A DNA stretch of 64,000 nucleotides from Raillietiella orientalis (Eukaryota): NCBI GenBank assembly GCA_036172245.1, contig JAYWIR010000047.1:1-64000 (forward strand). Reading direction: 5' to 3'. A model generated the notes under the pieces. The model worked only from the letters and a program-made list of their open reading frames with translations. It was not told the DNA's origin and did not search any database. Shown one piece after another: positions 23,901 to 33,715 of this stretch. Position numbers and translations under genes: made by a program. The first letter of the stretch is position 1. Each line of letters starts with the position of its first letter.

Positions 23901-24498
23901 TCCACTAGCGGTGTCAAGGAGGCGAAAATGTACCGCTGTGCAGACGTCCTCGAACGTCTGCGGCGGTCCCTTGCGATGCCTGGCAAGTTTTGGTGGCCTC
24001 GCCAGGCAGAGGCCGGGGTCCGCGTGTCAGTCTCCGGAGCGCGCGGAAAAGATGCGCTTCTAATCGCAACGAAGAGTGGCGACTGCCAGCCGGCGACCTC
24101 CGGAGCGCTCGTCTTGCCCCGCTCTCGCGGGAGCCGGACGGCGCTCCTCGGCGTGCGGATGCATCCGAGGCGTCCACGTTCGCGGTGCTCCCGGAATCCG
24201 CCGAGGGTAGGGCGGACGCCAGACAGAGGCGCGACCTTGCGGAAGAAGCGCTCCCTTGGCAACGGTGTACCTCGGCAGCATCGTCCACACCTGTTGCCGT
24301 CCGCGACCGCGCGACACGGAAACGACCGAGTGTGTGCAAGTGCTTGGAATGGGGTGGGGATGCGGGCTGATTCGAGGAAGCGTCTTGTTCCGACAGCCCA
24401 GGGACAGTCGCCACGGATCGCGGCGGCCTCCGCCGCCGGTTCTGTCGCGTCCCGGGGCCTCAATCTCCCGGGAGCGTTCGTTCTCCTGCCTGAAGAAG
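20941..24498. repeat. Left arm of large palindrome (21971-24498 is also an inverted copy of 51242-53840)
   Basis: Mirror ORFs, e.g. 20991..21305(-) vs 28884..29198(+) and 23199..23852(-) vs 51888..52541(+). Confidence 0.95.
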
Positions 24499-24513
24499 GC
24501 AGGAGAACGAACA

Positions 24514-25686
24514 TCGATGGCACATCCCCAACTCAGAGGACGCTTTCTTTGCGCGCGAGAGATGCGCACCTTGCGCGTACTGCAAGAAGGGGCGCTTCCG
24601 TCGAGCGCAAGTGGCAGCGGCACCCGGAAAGCGACGCACTCGATTCGCATGGACAAGAGGAGACGCTGGCTCCGGGAGACGTGGAAGGGGGGACGGTGAA
24701 GGCGAGGGGGGGAATCGTGCGCTCGCGCAACGGGAAGGTCTTCCGCACACGCGCGGGTCGCGTCCAGCTGCCGACTTGGATCTCGATTCCTTGAGAGTCG
24801 CAGCGATCTTATCAGTGCGTGAGCGCGGCGGAACGTGCGAGCCCGTGAGGACCCTCGAAAGACTCGCGGGTTCCCTGGGCGATGTTGCCACCGGCGGCTC
24901 TGGGAAGGGCGCCGTCTCGGGTTCCTTGCGAGGGAACGAGATCTCGGTGGTGGCATTTCGGGAAAGGAGGGCCGCCTCGGGGATCAGTGAGCGGGTCGGA
25001 GGGCTCCTCGTTGTTGGCGTGACCGGCTAGAGGGAGGGACCGGAGATAGGCGCGCAACATGCTGCTCGTTCCTCCCTCTCAGCTGCGCAAGGAAGACAAG
25101 CTGGAGGTTCAGCGAAGCTTCCCAACGTCTCTGATTTGCGCAACGCTGACTCCCTAGAGTGACATTCGTCCTCCAGAGAGACTCCCGCACGGGAGCTCAG
25201 CGTCGGCCGTTGCTGCTGCTTTCTTCTACGGGCACGGCGGGAAGGAGCGGAGTCGGGTTGCAGGGAGGCATGGCGGACCTCACCTCCCTACATCTCCACC
25301 CAGCCCTTTTTTTCTTTCGGAGAACGGCCTTCGGGACAGCACGCGCGAGTCACCGCCGGTGTTGTCGCACGCGAGAGCCGCGCTTGCAGACGCCACTGCG
25401 GACAGATGCAACCCTGCAGGCCAGCACCAAGGGGCAGAGGGAAGCGTCTCTCCAAACGCGATTGTCGGGAAGATTTTGGTATTGCCACCAGAAGAGGGGG
25501 ATGCGATTGTCCCTCTTTTCCCGCCACCTACTCGGTTGGCGATTCCCGACTGCTACACAGCGCAACCGTCGTCTCCGTGAGAAGAACGTTGTCCTGCAGA
25601 CGCCGCATCTCCAGGTCTGCCAGCGAGCCCCCTCACTGCACTGGACAAAGCGCCCGGTCGCCCCGGGTGCATCTCTCCCTTGGGCG
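24514..25686. repeat. Palindrome spacer; direct copy of ~48587-48947 joined to ~50430-51241
   Basis: Near-identical sequence and shared ORFs (e.g. 25288..25527 = 50843..51082). Confidence 0.92.
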
Positions 25687-28600
25687 CTTCTTCTGGCAGG
25701 AGAACGAACGCTCCCGGGAGATTGAGGCCCCGGGACGCGACAGAACCGGCGGCGGAGGCCGCCGCGATCCGTGGCGACTGTCCCTGGGCTGTCGGAACAA
25801 GACGCTTCCTCGAATCAGCCCGCATCCCCACCCCAGTCCAAGCACTTGCACACACTCGGTCGTTTCCGTGTCGCGCGGTCGCGGACGGCAACAGGTGTGG
25901 ACGATGCTGCCGAGGTACACCGTTGCCAAGGGAGCGCTTCTTCCGCAAGGTCGCGCCTCTGTCTGGCGTCCGCCCTACCCTCGGCGGATTCCGGGAGCAC
26001 CGCGAACGTGGACGCCTCGGATGCATCCGCACGCCGAGGAGCGCCGTCCGGCTCCCGCGAGAGCGGGGCAAGACGAGCGCTCCGGAGGTCGCCGGCTGGC
26101 AGTCGCCACTCTTCGTTGCGATTAGAAGCGCATCTTTTCCGCGCGCTCCGGAGACTGACACGCGGACCCCGGCCTCTGCCTGGCGAGGCCACCAAAACTT
26201 GCCAGGCATCGCAAGGGACCGCCGCAGACGTTCGAGGACGTCTGCACAGCGGTACATTTTCGCCTCCTTGACACCGCTAGTGGAGGTCGGCTGCGGCCAC
26301 GCCTCGCCCCCCATGCCCTTCCTCTTGAGCACGTGCGGGGAAAACCCCCGGAGGCGTCTTCCTGGAATTCTTGCGACGAAGCCGTGGGACGTCGTCGGCA
26401 GGCCACCTCGACGCACCCTCGCGTTCTATGCCGGGCTCGTGGGAACGAAAGAAGGATGCGAACGCGCCCCGGAAGTGGTTGGACGGAAGGCGAGTTCTTC
26501 CGAAAGGATACGAGTCGCCTCGGGGTCGTCCCGTGGCCGGTATCTGGAGACTGCGCGCGCGCGCGCCCGGTGGCGTCACCAACGGGCATTCCCTGTCCGT
26601 CGACGTCCGCCCCTCCAGCCGCTGAGGCGCTCCATGAGCTGCCACGCCCTCGTACCGCACCCTCTCGCCCTCGCCCTCCACTCGGCGGATTCCGGGAGCA
26701 GCGCCCACGTGGACGCCGCGGACGAGTCCTCATCCGCGGAACGGCCAGCTTACCCAGCAGCCCCGACAGCCGTCCTCAAGGCTTAGCAACTGCGCCCGAG
26801 AGAGTACCGGACTGCACCACCACAGCCGCAATCGTCCGGCGCACCAGCCCGGATGGGACCGCGCCCGATCGGTCCAGCGTGTTGACGCGCATGCACATCA
26901 TCAGCCGAGCGCACCGAGGTCATCAGCCATGCAGAGCAAATTAGACCGCCTCACGGACTTTTGAGACTTTGCACTCACGGTGACACGTCCTTGCCACCGC
27001 AGGCACCCTAATTGATCCCTTCCTGCACCATCACCCGTCGCCTCCCTCGCATCGTCCTGCGTCACCAACCTTCGTCGCCAAAGCGCGCGTCCGTCTCTGC
27101 CATCACCCTTGGCGGGGAATCCGAGGGGGGAGACGACAGCCGTGTGACGTCACGCGTCCGCGGTCCAGCGCCATTCGAGAGGCAACGTGGGAACGAACCT
27201 TGGGTTAAGCGAAAAGACCCCCCAGGCGAGATGAAAACGCAGAGTCCGCCTTTCCAGGTCGCGGAATCTGTTTGCGCAGCGCCCGATCCGGAACCCTTTG
27301 CTCCCCCGCGCGATAGTCGCACCTGCCAAGCATTCGAACGAGGGCGACACCTCCGCTTTCTGCACCTGTCGCATGGCAACGATCGGAGGCCAAGCGCGGT
27401 GCGCCGCAGCTTTCCCCTTTCGTGGAAGGTTTGGCGACCGTCCCCCTCCCCTCCCGCCCGCCGAATCCTTCCCGAACGAGCGCCGGGCGAGGGTGCGGAT
27501 CTGCTTGGCCCGGGCGGCATTCGCTCTTCCGCGTGTTGATCGGATGCAGTACTTACTGGGCTCGGACCGCGGTTCACTGACAGAGGTGTGGAGGATGAAG
27601 AGGCGCGCATGCGCCGAGCAAAGAGAGAATATTCTCCCTGCCGAGGAAAAAATTGGAATTTTCGAGGCACGGGTCCTCGAACCGCAGAACCGTCGTCCAG
27701 GCCACGTTGCCGCAGTTGGTAAGTTTTTTCGAGTTGCGGGCTAAATTTCGCGTGTCTCGCGCGGTGCTTCCACAGCGGAGAAAGAAAGAAAGAAAAAAAG
27801 CCATTCCACTTGAAGCTGCGTATTCATCCTTTTTTTTTTTCGCTGCGGGATTTGCCAACAAGCTCGAATGCAGATGATGCTCGTAACCTGTAAGGCATGA
27901 AATGACTTCCGCCGGCGCACCTGAGTTAACCACTCGGTGATTTCTTCGGCGTATTCGAGGAGGAACCTCAGCGTAGCGTGCAACCCTTGCGCGATTCTTT
28001 CAGGCCGCTTCCTGCGAGTGCTGGGCCTGAGGGACGGGAGCAGCTGCAAGACGGATGCGGCGTCTCCACGCCTTCCTCCTCGTGCTTTCCGGCTACGTCT
28101 TGACCGCGTGTGCAGCGCCACCGGGCAGCGGGTCTCCGTGCTACAGGTAAGCCTCGTTTCGTCTGCTCCCCATTCCCTGGAGGATCCCGTATCCTGTCGC
28201 GTCTGCGTGAGTTTGCCGTCCGACTTTGCCAGCGACTGGAGGAGACTGCAGGAAGGCAGGTCGATGGCCGACTGAAGGAAATAAAAACGTGGATGAAGGA
28301 GAGACCCCAGGATGCCCACTGGTCACCCCACTTTCGGTACGCACGTGAGGAGAAAAGCAACAGCCCTCCGTCGTAGTGTGCGATGCGAAGGTGAGTGGAA
28401 AACAGCGTCCTCGTCAACGTGGAGCAGCAACGTTCTGCAATGTTAAGTACCATCGCCCTTTGAGCCACTTTGCCTTTCGTGGCGATAACGGGACGTGCAG
28501 TTCGCGGATGCGCACGCTCAGCTTGGCTGAACTCACTCCCTCCACGGACTAAGACAACGTTTCCCAAACTGCGTTCCGCAGAGCACTGGTGTTCCAGGAA

Positions 28601-29248
28601 AGTCAATAGAGGTTCCGTAAAAAATTACGAAAGTTTTCCGTGATACCAATTCGAGAATGAATGTTTATTTTGTTTTCTCAACTCTTATGTTCATTTGCGG
28701 GATTATTCTGATTAATAATGTATTATTATTATTATTATTTATATCTACCTGCCCTATGAAGTAATCAATGTATTCCGTGGAAATTTCAGGACTTGTGAAG
28801 TTTTCCGTCATGGGAAATGTTTGGCAAACTCTGGACTAAGGAAAGGGAAGGAATTGTGCTCTTATCCGAAGCACAGCTGACTTATGTGCAGACGATGGTC
28901 TGCTGTTCGACAGGAATCCCTCCAGCAGGTTACGAACCATAGGGCGTCTGGCGGTCGAGCAAGAACCTATCGTCACTGGCGCAAATTGAAGACAATGAGA
29001 GACTGGGAGCTGACCCTAACCACCCTCCCTGATAGTTCAGGTGCAAATTCCAGCCTCGAGCCGCACTTGGTTGGGCGGAGCGACGAAAGAGTAAGTCCAC
29101 TGGACATCGGCACCCCCTTCGAAAGCAATTCTAAGAAGGCTCGAAAAAAAGCAAGTAGGGTGCGCACCGACAGTAGGTTCAGCACTCCTCCTCAGTAAGA
29201 GTACCCACAAGAGTGAGAGCCATCGCTGCAGGAGCTCTAGAGGCTTCC
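25687..29248. repeat. Right arm of large palindrome
   Basis: Reverse complement of 20941-24498; paired coordinates sum to ~50185-50189. Confidence 0.95.
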
Positions 29249-29479
29249 AGTCCTGGAAACAAGCAGGTCTTACAGGAATTCGAAGCCGAAATGTTGCCGA
29301 AAATAGACTCCCCCAAACGAAAATCGTACTCAACTGCATCCCACGCGCTCACGAGGGCTGCACTGGGACAAGAGGATGATCCCGTAGACGATCCGCGAAA
29401 CGAAGGGGAAATTCACGTAGTTCCTCTCCAGCTGCAAAGCTGTGGAAAATGTGGAAGCTGCGAGTAATCACTTCCAGCG

Positions 29480-30800
29480 TTCTCCTTTGTTTTGCTTCGG
29501 AAGTTTCCTGCGCTCATTTTTCGTGCCTTAAGAAAGAAGGAGGCTTTGCCGGTTAGACGTTTCTGGGACCCTAGTAATAAAGTTCGTTTATCAGCCTGCA
29601 GTTGCTGGTTCCGTCGCTTTTCCCTGGCTGCCGGTGGAACGAATCACCTTGGCGTTGGCCCTCGTGACGTGGATTCAACGAACAGCATCCAACCAAGTGA
29701 CGGAGCGGATAGTGGACCTCCTGGGTAACGCAGAAACTGTTCGGCAAAGGGAAATCGCGCGTCCATCCAAAAGACCTGGTGGCTTCGCGTCGGGATGGTG
29801 GTCTTTGCCCCCAGACGCTGGATCGAATGGAGCGTCACCGGTTGACAAGACTTATCCTAGAGGCGAAGTTATTGATGACGTCCTGGTGGGTCTCCGCAGG
29901 CCTTCGCGCAGAGAGAACAGACTCCTGCGAGGGATTGACGTTATTCCTTTCCGGCAGCCACCGAAGTCTGGCCCATTTCGGATGTCGACTACCACGGATG
30001 GTCATCTCGTTGGAGGAGAGCGTCTGGATGTCTCCTGTCGGGTCGCGAACGGCAGTGCCTGGTTCCAAGATACGGTCGAACGTGAGCGAAAGTCTTCGAT
30101 GCACGCGCACGGTACGAGTCTCCTGTCTGCGGTGCGGCGGGCACGCACGTCAGCCGCTGCGGCAGGTCCTCAACAGCTGATAAACGACTCTTCGAACTTT
30201 ATTAGTACTCCTTGGGGCAGAGCTGCTCACCTTAAGGGAAGCTCTTAGCAGAGACACACCGACAACGTGGACGGGGGGATGGAGCGTTGAAGGAAGGACC
30301 ATACCCCTCTATGGGTGGACCGAACGGCTTCGCATATGGCTCAACGATTGCGGGAGTCCTACGCAAAAGACTGTTTTTCTTGGTATGGATGCTGAACTTT
30401 TTTGCAGCCTGCCAGCGACAGTAGCGGATGGCTCCACCCTTCCCTTCCGCTCGAATGGTGGGACGAGTCGGCGCTGCTGGCGTTGCACGGATGCCTTCCA
30501 GGAAGCGCTTGCCGTCACCGTGGGGCAGGGAGGAGTGTGGGTCCGAACTTTGATTCGGGCGGGGAAAGACCTATCTCCACCTGCTCGCGGACTGCCCTCC
30601 GTGCCCTTAAAAAACGTCTCGAAACGGCCCTCCAGATCTCGACGGAAACACCAAGACCCCTCTCGTTCGTGGTGTTGCGTTGCACTGCTGCCAGCAGCGT
30701 TCTTGGCAGCCGCTTGCCGCTTTGACGACGTAGTAAAGGGTTGGAGATCCGCGGAAAGCCCACTGGAAGAAACTCACCGTGGGGATCTCTACGAGATGTC
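29480..30800 (+). mobile_element. Possible degenerate BEL/Pao LTR-retrotransposon remnant
   Basis: LTR-like AATAAA..CA..TGGCG at ~29575-29655, then ordered echoes ILEAKLLM..WW, GSKIR, WTE...WL, DLSPPARGL in shifting frames. Confidence 0.3.
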
Positions 30801-31349
30801 ACTGGCTGAACACCACCTAGAAGGAGCTAGCTGATGTCCGAAAGAGGATGAACAGGACGCCGCGAAACACTCTGCGATCCCTTCCCGAACTCCTTATGCA
30901 TGGTTTCCCCTCCGTTTCTACCCATCTATGGACCTCTCGGTTCCTTGTTGTTCCCCTTTCCTGTGTTCCCGAAGAGCAGCCCCTACCGCAACGTTCCCCT
31001 TGAATGATTGGAGGACGCACGACCTCGAGTTCTACCACACTGCCCTATTCCACCCTAGTGCACATTTTCAACGGACGCCTGGGAGGAACTGGGTGGCAAA
31101 CCTGCGCCTGTGCTTCAGTTCTCTTGTGTTGCCGGCAGGACGACTTTTGCGATGCGGAAGCGTCGTCGTCTTTGTCATCCGACCGCCTTCGCTTGGTGGT
31201 GCCAGCAGAACGAGCCGTTTCCCGTACGTTCCAGTGACTCCTGTCCGAACAGACCATCCTCTGTTCTCCGTCTCCTTCAGCCTTTGTCTTTCTACCAGCC
31301 TGCCTCCCCGTTTTCCTCTTCGCTAGTCCGCCTGCTTCCATCGACGACA

Positions 31350-31500
31350 AAAGTCTGGCGGTGGAGACGTGCTGCGTTGAGGATCCTTCTCGAGGGCTTA
31401 GTGGTGGCCCACGTCAGGATGCTGGCTCCGGCATCGTGGCTCTGGAGAAGCTCGAACCACGGGTGCAGTTCCGAATGCTGACCTCCGCGGCTGGACCGTG
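31350..31500 (+). mobile_element. Degenerate Tx1 ORF2 fragment
   Basis: RILLEGL/PRQDAGSGIVALEKLEPRVQFR aligns with RVRLKDLCAARRDGGLGFLTLERIQRQLHFR at ~32335. Confidence 0.4.
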
Positions 31501-31699
31501 GACGAGCATGTGGCACATTCCAGTGCGGTGGGCAGGGAATGATCGGCGTCCACGTTGTCACGTGACCGTTACGACGCGAGGGCACTTACTTGGCTGTCCT
31601 CGGACGAGAACGTTCCTGTTGCTGCCAAGGCGGAAGGAGCGACCTGTTGTCCCTGTAACTTGGACGCATGGCTGCAGGAGGCAGCACGCAACAGGGCGG

Positions 31700-32270
31700 A
31701 ACTCTCGGAAGCTGCGCTAGGAAGAAAGCCGTCCCTTGCGCAAGAGCAACTCGAGTTTGCATGATCGGGAGAAGCGACCACGAGCAACCTCGACATCCTT
31801 CGCCGGAGCGCTCTCCGTTCCATGGGGAAGGCAGAAGACACGAACGACGTCGTGAGCACGGCACCACGCGAAAGTTAGTCACTTGCTCCAGAAATTCCCT
31901 GGCTGCGCCATCTGGGTCGAGCATCACCGTTGCCATCCTACCCCAGAGTTCGCGGAGCCCGCACTGCAGACTCCGCGAACAGGTGCGGGAACGATTCGAT
32001 TGTTCCGCACCCGGAACCGTATGTGCAGCAGAAGCGTTCTTGAAAACGAGGTGCCCTCCGATCGGTGCTCTTCACGGGAGATCCCTCCTCTGGTAAAGAG
32101 AGAGCGCCGCCTCCGGTCTCCATTAGGGGTGGGGGAAGCACAATTTCCTCTGGGGATGCGACTTGGGAGTTCCGACCACCGAAGGAACTTGCAGGAACGG
32201 GCCGCGGTGCGGAACGCGTTTAAGGCTCTCTTCCTCCGCCTCCTGCTTTTTGTTTGCTCCACCCCTACGG
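31700..32270 (-). mobile_element. Degenerate Tx1 ORF2 C-terminal fragment
   Basis: GCGTIESFPHLFAE matches RCGERESFPHLLVDC; the following ATVMLDPDGAAREFL matches ASALLHQGDIARDLM of copy 1. Confidence 0.6.
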
Positions 32271-33715
32271 CCATCTAAAAGAGGACCGAGGACCTCCTCA
32301 GAAAGACCCTGTGGGTGCGCAGAGAGATCCAGAGTCCGGTTAAAGGACCTTTGCGCTGCACGTAGAGATGGTGGACTGGGTTTCCTTACGCTGGAAAGGA
32401 TACAGCGTCAGCTCCACTTCCGAAAACCCGGACTGGCCTTCCAAGCTTTGGACTACGCCTTGGCGCGCTACGGCAAGAATCCTCGTCAAGCGAGCAACCG
32501 GCTTCGAGGGATAGACTTTGGTCGTCGTGGCCACCGAGAGGAGTTTGAGCCATCCTGGCTCTCGACTCCGCCAACTGGTTGCCTTGGTGCAACGAAATCC
32601 CTGGATCTCCGTCCTCCCTGCGAACTGTTCTACTTGGCTACGGGAGTCCGTTTCCGCAGCCACGTTATCCTCAACGGCACGAGGATGCATGTGCCTACGA
32701 AACAGCAGATGTACTCGTCAGTCGTTGAGGGAGATTTTGTTCAACACCAGGAATCTGCTTTGGGCGTCGTTCACCCCCCTTGCACCAGTGCTGACCTCTC
32801 TACGGGAAGCAAGAGACAGCGAGCGGCCTTCCGATAAGGCGGGAGGTGACGTGCACTATCGAAAATCGAAAAACGCTTCTAGGTGCATGGACAACTCGAG
32901 AGCTGGAGGACGCTGCCACCCCGAGTGTCCCTCCAAAAGGACTGCTACTCTGGGGAGGATTACTGCCGATTCCTCCGGAGGACGTACAGTGGCCTCCGGC
33001 GTGCTGCAACAGTGCAACCTCTTCCTAAAGCGGCAGGAGTCGGCGATCCTTTTGTTGCATTGGAGCCTCCCGTGCAAAGCCTGCCGTCGCCATTGGACCC
33101 GAGGGAATGCGAGCCCCCACTGCAGCAGGTGTGGCGAAAGAGAGTCCTTCCCGCACCTGCTCGTGGATTGTGTTGCCCTCCGCCCCCTGTGGGAACGCTT
33201 TGCCGCGTCCCTGCGGGGCCTCGAGGGCAAACCAGAGACGCTTTGAAGCGCCTCTTCCTGCGCGACATCCTCAGGCCGGCCGCATCCCTAGCAGCACTCT
33301 GCTGACTACGCGGGATGGTGGCTGAATGGAGCAACGCCAGAGGAGGCCAGAACGACAGGAATGCCATTTATTTTTCTGTCGCCTTTATGAGGATGGCGTC
33401 AAGATGGCCCCATCTGGGAACCTTAAAACAGAAACTTGCCGGCATCCTGCAAAGGATGCAGAGCGTCCCCTTCAGTACCCGCTGGTCCCTTCCCGAACCA
33501 TCCCCCAGTTTTTTGTATATATTTTTTTGGCTTTATTTTTCTTTTTTTGTTTCCCTTTCCCCACTGCTGCCGAGGCGAACCTCGCCGTCCTGCGCCACGG
33601 TTCTCGGCAGGTTCCTTTTTGTATACATATGTAACGTGGCAGGACCAAGCGTCCTGCCACTGACCTGTAAATGTATTTTTATATGAATCAACGCCTCGGC
33701 GCAACCGGGCGTCAA
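32270..33715 (+). mobile_element. 5'-truncated Tx1/L1-clade element (ORF2 C-terminus plus 3'UTR)
   Basis: LRKTLW, RRDGGLG, LHWSLP...CSRCGERESFPHLLVDC..L..LW zinc finger, T-rich UTR, and the same terminal hairpin as copy 1. Confidence 0.85.

Noticed and set aside
28884..29198. 104-aa ORF in repeat R as a gene
   Set aside because: No recognisable domain; apparent conservation reflects recent duplication only.
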